Shown here: in pieces, positions 1 through 12,479 of the stretch | Layout of the letters: the number at the start of each line of letters is the position of its first letter | How positions within the stretch are numbered: the first letter of the stretch is position 1 | Source: Phoronis australis | Taxonomy: Eukaryota > Animalia > Phoronida | DNA: 64,000 bases | NCBI GenBank assembly: GCA_002633005.1 | Contig: NMRA01000301.1 | Location: 434,001 to 498,000 of the forward strand | Direction of reading: 5' to 3' | Notes under the pieces: model-generated | The model's database searches: none | Seen by the model: the letters and a program-made list of their open reading frames with translations, nothing else | What the model was told of the DNA's origin: nothing | Program-made: the position numbers and the translations under genes

Positions 1-445
1 AAGCACATACACGCCAATTTTCACAATCATCCTTTGAGCGGTTTGGTTGATAGAGGGGTGGACGCAAAAATACAGACTCGAAAACACTAAAAATGGCCAC
101 TAGGTGGCGCAAACTATGTCGAATCCATCTGAAAACGGCAGGATAGCGTCATCTCACTAATAGGTGCCTACATACCAAATTTCATGAAAATCCATTCAGG
201 ACTTTTGAAGATACAAAGGTAAGCGTAAAAAACTAAAATTGCCACTAGGGAACACACCGGTAGTCGGATCCATCCGAAACTTCGCACATGCCGTCCCATT
301 CATGAATGGAACATATGTGCCAAATTTCATGAACATATGTCAAAGGGTTTTGGAGATAAAGCAGCGGACGCCGGACGGACGCCGCCCGGACGGACGGAGA
401 TGACGGCATAGTGCCTCCACATATAAATATGTGGGTGCATAAAAA
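1..445 (-). mobile_element. 5' end of a Helentron/HINE (DINE-1-like) non-autonomous element, running off the window
   Basis: Reverse complement of the repeat heads at 48096 and 61302: T-run, terminal hairpin ATGCACCCACATAT..ATATGTGG, (GTCC)n microsatellite, then subrepeats with CCACTAGG motifs. Confidence 0.7.
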
Positions 446-2082
446 GGGAACTGTATTTTATTCTGAATTAATTTTGGATAGTTTTCTATGAAATGTTGAT
501 TAATTTCACAAATAATTCAACAACAAAAAGTAAACTTATATTCTCTAACGAAGCTCAAAAAAATTACAGGCTTGGAGCGCTGCTTCTCGTGACGTAGTTG
601 GCGGGGGCAAAGTCGCTGTCCTGTGTTAGCGTGCAGTCAAGTGGTATTTTGCATATTGTCAGAATAAGAAATTTTAGTGTGAAATGTCGGATCACCAGGG
701 ATACTAGTTTGAGCCAAGGCAACACAAAGTGATACCCAGTCATCGTCATCGTCAGACGAAAATTTGCCGGTGCAACCAATCCGTATCAACAATTTACATT
801 GGCGTGACTGTGCCGTGGGCAGTGTGGACTCAAGCCAGCAATTAAGTCAGCCAGCTGCCAGCCAATACTCAGCTCTGTAAACTTGAAGGGTCTGTTAGTT
901 ACCGCCTATAGCTGTATGAAAACTATCGTACCACTGTGTGTTGAGTTCCGTTAACCCCAAAATTTCAGACAGCCGTTGACTACCCGGGTATAGTTGACTT
1001 ATGCTCGTCACCTTGTCGTAAAACTAAGGCTACCTTAACAAAAAGCTAAAAGTCTGGCGTGGGCGCATGCAAAATCTGGTATACACCACACTCACATTGT
1101 TCGTTGCAGCCGTTTAAGTGGAAAACAATCAAATAAATGTCATTTGGTAGCATAATTTGCTGCCTTTTGTAACAAAGAAGTGGGTCGTCCATTTCAAAAA
1201 CACCACGCTCGTGACACGGCGCATGCGCCATTTCCAAAATTTGAGACGTCTTTCGGGAGATGACCACAGCTTCGCAGCATTAAGGTTGTTCTAAAATTCG
1301 GTTTGCTGGTATAAAAATACTAAAAACTTGTACCGAAATGAAACAAGTACCGATAATTTGTTGTAACATGTACGAAACCTAGGTACCGGCAGCGACAAAC
1401 ACTTGATAAAAGAATCGGAGAGAAAAGAAACTGGTAAAGGTCAGGTGACGTAATCGCAAAAAGCCGACTCAAGAGAACACATCACAATTTTAGCAGCGGC
1501 CGATGAACGATCGCTAAGTTTTCCAACACCAGTAAAAACTGAAGTTAATTTACTCTAGGAACCTGGTTCCTAGGTTTATTCAAGGATGAGATTAGTTTGA
1601 ATGACATTAATTTTGAGTCAGATTTTATTTGTCCATTTTTTACCCATATCGGCTCAAACCTGTAGGCCTATAATTAGTATACAGTTCTGGGCCAAGGCTT
1701 GGGTATTACCCAGCGATGGTATGCGATGACCATCCCTTTAGAAGACACCTTTTTCTAAGAGTTTGAGCAACCAGGTGCCATACAAAAAGGCATAGCGAAC
1801 CTTTTACAGCACTGTAGCAAACAATAAAAATAAGGACGACAATGATAAATTATGATGTAAACTCGTCAAAATATGACATAAACAATGAATGTGTAAAGCA
1901 GCCGATACCCCGCCATTGACGTCACTGACACATCGGCCAATCAGCAATCGCTTTCAGAATTCAGTGTTTTAACCATGAATACGAATCAGCTTTTGTTTGG
2001 CACGCAAGTCAGGCAAATGTTAGTTTTATTTGTACGTTAGAACCTGCAATTAACTGCAACATTATTTTGACTACAGTCCCCT
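445..2082. mobile_element. Kolobok-like non-autonomous DNA transposon
   Basis: TIRs AGGGAACTGTA (445) and TACAGTCCCCT (2072-2082), followed by a T-run and TTAA; subterminal TGACGTCA and CCAATCAG motifs. Internal ~1050-1450 recurs at ~13815-14220. Confidence 0.55.
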
Positions 2083-4075
2083 TTTAAGATTGGATAATCG
2101 AGGTGAACCCCAAAGTTCTTCCATTAAGAATTCAACAGAAACAGCTACACAGCAGCAAAATGCAGTTTTAATATTAAAAACATTCACATCAAAATCTGTT
2201 ACGGTTATTTCTTTCTATATTTCAATCATTTACTACCAATAGGACCCAATTGTGAATTGGGATTACCTTGTTAGTTTCAGACATCTTTTTATACCACTAA
2301 AGTTGTGCCATTCATATTGCTGTTTTTATCTGTTTTTAATTTGTACCTTGATCCGTAACAGTATATACCTTTATCAATGATGTACTAGTCGAAATCTACA
2401 AAATATGTTATCAACAATGATGACTCAAATGCTTCAAGAAATGATAAAGGGTGCTTCACAAATGAAATTATAGGTATGAGTGCCACTGAATTAAAGATAC
2501 CAATCCACTTCATTTGTTAAAGGCATTAAGAGCACCATTTCTGAAAACCAAATTTGATGCTTTGGTTCATGTTTTGGGGTGGCATCATTTATTTCCATGA
2601 TCAAGTTAGTGTAATTAATTACAGGGCTTGACGCTTAGCATAACGTCAACACAACAAGTTTGACCTGGCAAAATTCCTAGGCCGTGCATACATGCCTACG
2701 TAAGTATCAAAAAATTACTAACACATACAATGACTCTGGAGAAAAGTTAGTCTACATAATTTGAACATATCCATGAAAATCTGTTGAGATTCACTCAAGC
2801 TTCCTTGGCTGTGAGCAATTTTGAGTAAGTTAAGTGAAATCATGTCCGTTCACAAACAAAAAGTCCAAGAGACACAACAAATTTCACCGGATATCTTCCC
2901 GCGCTACTTTTTACTAGAGTCAGCTGCAAGCTCACGTGCTCCACTCAGTCTTACGGTTGTTGTGACCTAACTTGCATGACGTCAACTGAAATAGTTTGTG
3001 GTTATTGCACGCGGAGAAAAAAGTTAGCGAAGAGCAAAAAAGTGAAGCTGGAATTCTTCGCCAAAGTCATCTTAAATCCCGTAGACATGCTTCATTGAGA
3101 ATATGAATAGAATGTGGTGTGGTGTCATAGACACAGGGTTAGATGTGTAGTTAGTGTTCGCACTTTCAAGCTTTCAGCTTCTACGACTACCTAGTCCTCT
3201 GAGACGAATTAGGAAGGCATGTGTAAGACAAGCCTTGGTGGCCTTCAACTACCCCTAATCAAGACTATTGCAGTACCTCGTCATGGTACACCATGATAAC
3301 TGGGCACCCTACGGCCCCAGGCTAAATTTTGCAAGGGACGCCGGAAGAGGTTAGGCTCTTAAAGGTGCAACGTGCATGACCCATCGGTATATGGATATGC
3401 TCTGGCATTCACCAACCTAACTCCCAGCTAAGCACCCTTCAGTGATTGGGCTTAAGGCTTACTACCTAAAAAATTAGCTCTTGTGGCTGAGCGGACGTAG
3501 TGCCTTTCAGACGCTCTCCACATCCCTCACACTCAACGGTCAGAAAAACTGCAGAGAGCTGCAGATGAAGCCGACCCCTCATCAGAGAGACGAAGTGTCA
3601 GTTGTATACCTTAGTTGCCTTACGCACTCAACGTTCAAATGGGCAGGAGACGACGGATTGTCTTCATGGTCAGGGGTCCGGGAGAGGTCACTCCTGGCTG
3701 CCACATCATGTGCGTGGCAGTTTACCAATACTAAGCCATCACCTCATCGGCGTCGGGTGGGCGTCAGGGGCAACAAATGATGGTGGGAGGGGTTCCTTAA
3801 CCCTTATTGGTCAGTTGCCATCCACCTCAAGCCTGGCAGCCCCAGGTCTGTAGGGAACTGACCCGCTGCGGTAAGCCTGCCCTTTTGGGCGTATGGGGCT
3901 TAGAGGTTGTCACAACCTCGACAGGATTATCGTTACTCCATCGCCTGCTCTAAGACTTATTACTGAAGTAAACGTCCATACGGATGCTGGACAGCATGAC
4001 TCAGGAAAGTGCAGCTGGACAGAACATCTACCGTGGTGCCAGAAAGCACAGACATATAAAGAAACGCAGAGGTAA

Positions 4076-4483
4076 AAAGCTGGCAAACGTGCCCGACAAC
4101 TCAAGTACAAAAGACTTCAACTCAACCGTCTCAGGATTGGTTACTGCAGTATACGTGGCATATGTGGCAGCAAGCATGTACTAGAGAAAATCCGTGCGGG
4201 CTACAACATTCTCCTGTTTCAAGAAACCAAACTCAAGGACTTTGAGCTCGAGGGTTTCATTTTTCCTAGAGAGGGCATCGCCACTGGCCTGGCATACGCG
4301 ATCAACAAGGACAGCCACACCATGGCAGAGCTTGTGGATACTCACAGTTTCACTACCACTGACAGGCAACTACAGATTATTAGTGTCACTGATCCTCGTT
4401 TCCGCAACCCATTCACACAAGTCAGTCTGTATATACGGGGTAACTCCTCCCCTAAATGCGACTGTGATTGGATGCTAGGATAG
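4076..4483 (+). pseudogene. N-terminal AP-endonuclease remnant of a non-LTR retrotransposon (LINE); probable 5' leader at ~3100-4075
   Basis: Manual translation (frame not in the ORF track): RLRIGYCSIRG...YNILLFQETKL...EGF...GLAYAI...VSLY, matching the APE motifs xNxRG, LQET and G-x-A. Confidence 0.7.
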
Positions 4484-5301
4484 CATGAACATATTTTGTA
4501 GTCAAGTCGCGTAGAATAAATTTGTTTTTAATGTCTTAGTGAATACAGGGTTAAAACTCCATTCAAAACAACCGGAAAACTGACCCATTGCAGCACATGC
4601 TTGGAGTAAACTTGCACACCTGTACTTGAATCCTGGAGGGCGATTAGTTAAGTTTTGAGTCTGATTTCGAAGACTAGTTTCTAGGCTCTGTATATATGTA
4701 AATAGCATGCTGTATGAACAGCACAGTAAACATCCAGCAAGTTAACTTGTCTTACACTCACCCTTCTGTTATTAAATTTTGGTGTCTTTATTGCAGAATG
4801 TGGCTTTAACTATTGTTGGATAAGACCGGCTACCCAGACAACACATCGTAGGCATTAATGAACTGTAGCTCATGAGCATATGAATTCAGTTATCTGACCT
4901 CATAACGTATGTTTGTAGTCACAAAACATGGATGAAGCCAAGCGTGCAAATGCAGCTAAAGAACATTAAGTGGCTGGTGGTGTAGCACAGATATATTTCA
5001 GAGGTAGCTTTAAATTAAAGGAAAGTGAATAACTTTGTAATCAAATGTCTAAGCTTTCTAATTTCCACCTCGTATAACCAGATTGTACTTAGGGTTACTT
5101 TCACGGAAACTTGTTTGCACCATGGAATGTATAGGATTTACTGTTACTACGAATGTCAACAAAACTGAAACTCTGACTTTTAAATTCATATTTCGAACAG
5201 TTGAAAATCATGATAGGTATTTCTAGGCACTATTTCTAGTCTAAGGATTGTGGGAAAAATCTAACAGTGCTTCTCCAAAATAACATCTGTTCGAAAAAAA
5301 C

Positions 5302-6112
5302 TTGGTTCGGCATCATCACTCTCAAATTTACAATAGAATGCAAGCAGACAGTGAGAGTGCAGAACAGTACATAAGGGCCACTCATCAACTGGCCTCGAGA
5401 TGTCAATTTGGCACTTTTCAAGAGGAAATGATAATAGATAGACTCCTCTTGCGCATGAAAGCCATTGCTTTATCTACAGAATTACAAGTGAATGAAAACC
5501 TTTCACTTTCAACAGTAAGCAGTAAAATGCGTGCAAAAGAAGCTATTGTCGAACAACTACAGTCTGAGACTTGGGTAGCAGCAATAAAAACCTGTGAAAA
5601 CGTACCATCATCGACATCCTGCAAACAAGCAAAACGTAAACAGTGTAAATGAATATTGTGGTGATCACTGCTTACCCAGGAGATGCCCAGCTTTTGGACA
5701 TACCTGTGAAAAGTGTGGTAAATGCAACCACTTTGCACAGGTGTGCGAACAAGCTAAGTCACTGTCGGAGATTACTGATAGTGACATGGACCCGAATGTT
5801 TTTCTCATTGGTGACATTACCACAGGAGACAATGATGTCAGCATAGACTCACTTGGAGTAATGTGGTTTAAAGAAATGGTGATCAATTTTCAGGTAGTTA
5901 AAGTAAAAGCAGACTCAGGGGCAAAGAAAAATGTCATTCCTAGATCAGTCTTAGCTAGATTTATGCCTAACTATCAGATCACCGCAACAAATCTTAGATT
6001 TCAAGCTTACGGTGACTTTCCATTGAACATAGCGGGTGTCACCAATATCAAGTTCTCCCATAAGGAGACTGAGTATGAGTACCCATTCTATGTACTGGTT
6101 GATGATAATTGA
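5302..6112 (+). pseudogene. Gypsy gag (CCHC knuckle) and aspartic protease remnant
   Basis: NRMQADSESAEQYI, CPAFGHTCEKCGKCNHFAQVC and KADSGA, split over two frames. Confidence 0.88.
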
Positions 6113-6301
6113 CCTATCGCCAGGATTTTGATGACTTAACTGACCAATCAGAACGCAGCACTCATGGCACACCTTCATTTCCAAGCCGCCACTTTACCCG
6201 ACAAACAACACATTGCCAGGTAAAACTTATTGTTTGTTTGTCGACATTTCGCAAAGGGGCAGAGCTTGCGATAGGTCAATTGCAAGGCAGTTCCACTATT
6301 A

Positions 6302-9043
6302 CTGTAAACGTTCGGGTTAACGCCCATGCTCAGTTAACCGCCCACCCCCTACTTTAGGTGGATTTTCGATTTACCTGCCCACTGCTCGTTTAAACACCAA
6401 TCTGCGTTTTTTTTAAATTTCCACTAAAGCGCCCACCTCTCGGTTAAGCGCCCATCTCCGACTTTTAAAGATTGAAGACTTAGCACCCAGTGCTACGCAA
6501 ACGCGCGATTCCCTGACTTTTAGACCGATGATCACAACTAGAGAGCAACGACAGCCTCCGAGCCAGCGGTTTGGCAATGTGAATTATAATACAAGTAACG
6601 AATTCTTGTCTCGGGTCATGGATTTACTTCAAAATATAATACTTGAACGATTTGTCTCTTTATTTTCTTCCCATGTTCGCAAAGTTTAAGAACCCTGCTG
6701 GCTTCAATGCCTCCGCTTTTAGAGACGTGGTCTGCCGCGCTGAGTTTCTGTCTGCAGTGCACTAGATAAAACATATATTCCAAAAAAAATTGGGCCAGAG
6801 AAATGTGACAGTTGTTTTGCCAACCTTTCCACTTCGCTTTTGGTAGAGAGCTCTCAATTTTGAAGAATTTCCATAACTCACAGAAAGATGTCAATTTCTC
6901 CCTATTTTGATGAATGAAATTGCCAGATTATCGAGGATGTGTAGCGACCGAACGGACAATTTACCTTGCTGGCCGATTTGCTGTCTCTCGATTTCTGAAT
7001 TCAAAGGTTGGCAGTACGTTACTGGATGTTTGTGTATCATCTTGAAGAAATAAAAAACTGCAAGTCAAATTTTGTTTTTCGCTTATTGCATCTCAGACAA
7101 GTTGGCGTTAGCAGATTCCGCCAAAGTTGCTGGCGGTTCTTTACAGTACGATTTCTTGCGACAGGCCTAACTGTGAATTATCGTATCCACCTAGCCTTTT
7201 AGCTTCCCGAATATTTTTGTTTCTACATTGGACATTTTCAGCCTGAACAAAATTTTTACCATTCGAGTCTGAGACATTTACGACATAACTAATTGAAAAT
7301 AGGCGGCAGAGGTAATGACGTGCACGACGTTAGCTACGGGCATGGAACATCGGGTCCAGGGATCATCGAGCCGGGAAATATTGGAACAGACTTGACATCG
7401 TAGTTTTGGGTCATTGGAACGGAGGAATATCATAAAACACTGGGTTTTTTATAACAACAGCTTAAAAGTACAGTCGCGCTGGTGCACTCCTTTACGCAGG
7501 GCTGTCGCTGTTCTCTTTTGATGTGCGATCTCTGAAGTGGTACACCATTGTAAGTTCCCACACTCTGGAGTGCATGTTACCTTGACAACAACATATGTGA
7601 TTGACAGGTGACTCATACGTATGCGCGTGCTGAATCCAGCTGCAGTCTTTTGTCATACAAAACAAGACCCATATTGAAAGAGGCTGTTAAATTACTTGAT
7701 GGCATATCCAAGTCTAGTGACGGCATATTGCGCGCAAACAGCGAGACCGACCAGTGCCGCAGTGCGATATTGCTGTAGGTGATATTATAATAGTATAATC
7801 TGTACATATTGCGGGTAAAATAAATGTGTTTTTCGAGTTGCTTTACGTTTGCCAGGTAGGCCTGTCTATTTTACCCCCCCCCAAAAAAATGTTTGCGTAG
7901 GTTGGAATTTCCCGGTGGCAGGTACAAGACGTCTATAATCTTAGCTCGCATTTCCAAATTTCATGTCGCCAATGCGACCTGCAGTTCGTTATGTCGAGCG
8001 CGGAGTCTCAGTTGCAAAACACTGACTCGGAAAGAACGCGTTGCTGGTTGAAGCTCTTCACTAATTTAGTCGTATAGCTGGGCAAACCACGGATGCCGGT
8101 TACCCGAAGAATTGGGGCTACATCTACGAATCGTTTTTTTCTGACGCAGATACATGTACGAACTGGTAATTTTTTCCTCGGACTCTACTGTATGCGCTCA
8201 CTAGGCTCATCCCTAGTCATAGAGTTAGTAATTTTAAAATAAAATCTTAAGCAAATGCTCGTTTCCGAGTAATGCCTTTGCGGTAACTTTTGACTGACGA
8301 CTGGCTCATGTCTGCTTACCCCCGATTCTCATCTTCTTTGCGTGGCATGTTTCACGCAATTGGAAGTGGGCAATGCCGGGCGATCCAGATCAAACAGCTA
8401 GTCAAAGAACCAAACGTTGAAAATGAGTCACGGAGTCTAATCTAATCTAATCTAATCTCCAACATAAACACCCCAGAATTTGTATTTCAAACTTTTAAAT
8501 CTGGTCTTTGACTCGGAACTTGACAGCTAGCACCATAAATCTGATGTCTGATGTGACCTCTGCAACACGTGAAGCTCGCGCCCGCATGCGCGCATTTCTT
8601 AAGTGTAATTGCGCGAGAATAGTTGCAATCCAAGTTATTGTTACTGGTCGTCATGCGCATTACAGCTCTAATAAGATCGCAGGACGGCACAGGGCTATTA
8701 CTCACCAAATTTAATTGTGATTGACTAATCTGTGGGGAACAGAACATTTCTTGGGATCGTCTGCTGTTATGAAACTTTTAGCGGCATTTGCCGACTTGAC
8801 ATTAAAGCTCTTTGAAAAGTTCTACGCGTTCCGAGTACATGTGTCGTGTGGTACTCTGATCATGAGGTAAGATTAACCACCCAGGGCGGTTGTCTGTCGT
8901 AATAAGCGTACATGTTCAGTTAACCGTCCACCTTGGATTTCTTGAAATTTTACATTTAAGCGCCCATGTCTGGTTAACCGCCCACCCCCGATTTTTTTGG
9001 GTTTGCCAATTTAACCGCCGAGGACGTTAACCCGGTAAGCTAC
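6302..9043. mobile_element. Non-autonomous TIR DNA element inserted between Gypsy protease and RT
   Basis: Left end TA-CTGTAAACGTTCGGGTTAACGCC, degenerate right end GGACGTTAACCCGGTAAGCTAC; repeated subterminal TTAA(C/G)CGCCCA motifs clustered at both ends. Confidence 0.6.
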
Positions 9044-9058
9044 AAAACACCGTGTGCT

Positions 9059-10500
9059 ATGAGATTGATAGTGCATCCCAAAACTTGTAATGCAGTCTCT
9101 GTCATTGAGAATTACCCAGATTTACTTACAGGGGTGGGCAAACTCAACATGCAACACCACATCCAACTGAAGCCTGATGCTGAAGCCTATGCGTGTCCAG
9201 CGAGACCTGTACCATATGCACTGCGAAAAAAGTTTAAGGATGAACTAGATTGACTTGAGAAAGCTGGAATAATCAGCAAGGGCAATGAAGTCACCCCCTA
9301 TGTCAAGCAGATAGTCAATGAAGTCACCCCCTATGTCAAGCAGATAGTCAATGAAGTCACCCCCTATGTCAAGCAGATAGTCAATGTTCTCAAAAGTGAT
9401 GGCTCACTCCAGCTTTATCTCGACCCGCAAAGGCTAAATCAGAACATTGTTCGAGAACGTAATGTCCTACCAAAGGTCTCAGAAATCTTCGCTCGATTGT
9501 CTGGCTGAGCAGCCTTTTCTACTCTGGATGCAACCTCGGGATTTCATCAAATCCTCCTGGATGACGAGTCCTTGAATCTGACGACATTTCTCACGATGCA
9601 TCAGTGCTACCAGTTTCATCGTTTACCTTATGGAATTGTGAGCGGTAGTGAGGGATTTCACAAGGCAGTTTCAGAGCTACTACAAGACTTGGAAGGCATC
9701 GAAGTGTATATCCACGATATCTTAGTCCATGCACTAGACAGACACCTGCATGATGAACGCCTTTGCAAGGTTCTCTCAATGACTTCAAGAGGCGGGCCTG
9801 AAACTAAACAGATCCAAGTGCAAGATAACCAGGGACGCTGTAACATTCATAGGCCAAACCATTTCTAAGAATGGTCTGCAACCATCTACACAGGAAACCG
9901 AGGCAATCCCTTCTGTCAAAACCCCATCAAACAAGTAGGAAGTCAGATCTCTGCTGGGATTGTTTATCTCTTCCAAGTTTTGCCCCAGGTTAGCAGAGAT
10001 AAATAAACCACTACGAGACTTAGTGAAGAAAGATGTCATCTTCCATCGGACACAAGCCTGACCCAGCTCTAATGAGCATCAAAGCAATGGTCACAAAGGC
10101 GCTGACACTGGCATTTTATGACCCAACCAAAAAAGTAAGCGTGAACGTCGATGCCAGCTCACACTCATTAGGTGCAGTGTTGCTCCAAGAAAGACATTCG
10201 GTTGAATACGCAGCTCAAAGTCTCACAGATACACGATCTTGCTATGCACAAAATGAAAAAGAGCTTCTTGCTATTCAATTTGGTTTGACTCACTTTCACC
10301 AATACGTCTACGACAGGGAAGTGATGGTAGAAACTGATCACAAGCCGTTGATCAGCATAATGACAAAAGCACTGTCTGAGATATCACCAAGGTTACACAG
10401 GATCATGATGAAAATACAATGATACCCTACTCAAAAGGTGGTGTACAAGTCAGGTAAGGTAATGATGATTTCGGATTACCTATCTCGGTCATGTCAACCT
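9059..10500 (+). pseudogene. Gypsy reverse transcriptase and RNase H remnant
   Basis: PARPVPYALR, LDATSGFHQI, RLPYGI, YIHDILV (mutated YxDD), VDASSHSLGAVLLQ, YAQNEKELLAI, ETDHKPL. Confidence 0.93.
9283..9381 (+). repeat. Perfect 33-bp tandem triplication inside the Gypsy RT
   Basis: CAATGAAGTCACCCCCTATGTCAAGCAGATAGT x3. Confidence 0.95.
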
Positions 10501-10783
10501 GGAACATTTAAGCAACAGCTAATAAGTGAGGACTCCATGTCACAGATCAGTGAAATAATCATCGTCAATCCCGCGCAAAAGATGAAATAATTATGTCCAA
10601 GCCACAAGTGAAGACAGTACACTCCAGTTTAAAAAACGTTATGTAGAGAAAGGCTGGCCATTGCAATGCCGTCATCTAGCCACCAGATTTCTGGAATATC
10701 GGAAATGACTTAACCACTCATAACGACTTGATTTTCCTCAAGGACAGATTGGTGATTCCAGGCGGCAAACAAAGAGAGATTCT

Positions 10784-11016
10784 AATCACATCGTTTTTTG
10801 GCCAAAGTACGATTAGAAAACGGACAATTGCCGCATAAATAAAGAAGTTCATGTTAACTCATTGTTTCATCTTAATCAACAAGACATCATCAGGATATGT
10901 ACAGTAGGCGATATTCTATCAAGTCACATCCATGTGGTAAAATGAGAGTGAGTGAGAGATACAGGGAGTCGAGTTAACATGAACTTCTTTATTTGTGCGG
11001 CAACTGCCCATTTTCT
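10784..11016. mobile_element. Small hairpin insertion in Gypsy pol flanked by a 13-bp direct repeat
   Basis: AAAGAGAGATTCT at 10771-10783 and 11017-11029; ~48-bp inverted repeats at 10813-10860 and 10971-11018. Confidence 0.75.
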
Positions 11017-11149
11017 AAAGAGAGATTCTGGATAAGCTTAATGAGGGCCACCAGGACAGCACAAAAATACAAGAACGAACTCGCACTGCAGTTTACTGGC
11101 CAGGAATCAATGCCAGAATTCTTGACAAAGTCAGCAGCAGTGAAGTATG

Positions 11150-12173
11150 CCAGAATAGAGTCCAAGCAGAAGAAGGAACCGCTGATTCCCACGAAGGTGC
11201 CTGATTATCCTTGGCAAGTCATCGGAAGTGACTTGTTTCAGATCAGGGATGAGCACTACCTACTCAATGTAGATTACTTAGTAAATGGGTGAATGTGGTG
11301 GCACTAAAAGACCTGTCGTCTCTTGCAGTTATAAAGGAGATGAAGTGTCAGTTTGCGGACTTCGGTGTACCATCCATCATTCGGAGTGACAATGGGCCAC
11401 AGTACGCATCATGTGAACTTACAGGAATTCTGCTTATCTCAGTCTATTGTGCACCACACGTCCTTACCCGCATACCCCCAGAGCAAAGGACAAGTAGAAA
11501 GATATGTGCGCAGCGTCCAAGACATGATCCTGAAATGTCATGAGGAGGACAAGGACTGGTGGCAAGCATTGCTCACTTTACAAAACACCCTGATTGCCAA
11601 TGATCACCCTCACAAGCTCAGATCCTTCAAGGACGAACATTACAGGATGGTGTACCCGTCCAGTCGCACTGTCTATTCCCTCGTGCATATGATCAAGGGA
11701 AGATAAAGCAAAAGCTTCAAAGCAGGCAGGAGGCCACAACATTTTATGATAGCAAGGCAGGTGTTGACAAAGTGCCTGTTACTCCAGGACAGAGAATCAG
11801 ATTTCTTTTCAGAAGGGAAAGTGGGAACCAGCTGTAGTGAAAAAACATGCCGACATGGTCGTACATCATCAGAGATCTGTCAACACACCATGTGATCAGA
11901 GGAAGCAGAAATCACCTACAGGCGAACACTTCAACTACAGAGGCCACGCAGAGACCTACCCTCGATCATCATCCAAAGATGTCAGCGCAACAAAGCGCAC
12001 CCAGTGTCTCCACACCAGAAGCCCCAATGACTAATGAATCGTGTGGTCATGCAGGCTCGCTTCAAGAAATCACAAAACATCCTGAAAACCATCCTGCTGA
12101 TATTGCCCAGCCTGATTCTCCTTATAGAACTAGATCAGGTCATGTGGTAAGCAGGCCAATTAGATATACTTAG
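11150..12173 (+). pseudogene. Gypsy integrase remnant
   Basis: PWQVIGSDLF, YLLNVDY, IRSDNGPQY, YPQSKGQVER, and C-terminal YRTRSGHVVSRPIRY. Confidence 0.9.
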
Positions 12174-12331
12174 ATGTGTAGGCCAATTAGATATACAGCT
12201 GTACATAGATGTATCACATTTTTACCAACCAAACAAGCATTAGTTCCCACTTGAGTTATCTTTATGCATTTATAGTAAGGCGATAGTCAGTGTTCTCTAT
12301 TCGTTTTTAATATTGGTTAAAGAAAAAGTGA

Positions 12332-12479
12332 TGTAGTATGATGGATTATAGATGGCGCTGCAGGTACATGGACGTGGCTCTCTTGGCTGGGGAGAGAGGA
12401 TCAGCCAATAAAGGAGGCCATCTTGATAATCACACGTTTCTTGCTTCTTTTGTATTTACTCATATAAAAACACATAACA
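12332..12479 (+). repeat. Probable short 3' LTR preceded by a polypurine tract
   Basis: AAAGAAAAAGTGA directly before TGTAGT; internal AATAAA; ends ...ATAACA. The right boundary is inferred because no 5' LTR is available for comparison. Confidence 0.6.

Larger units (their letters stand above)
5290..12479 (+). mobile_element. Degenerate Ty3/Gypsy LTR retrotransposon with nested insertions; 5' LTR not found
   Basis: Domain order gag/zinc knuckle, protease, RT, RNase H, integrase, then polypurine tract and 3' LTR; many stops and frameshifts. Confidence 0.92.

Noticed and set aside
4490-4930. Candidate 5' LTR of the Gypsy element
   Set aside because: No similarity to the 3' LTR at 12332-12479 and no clear primer-binding site.
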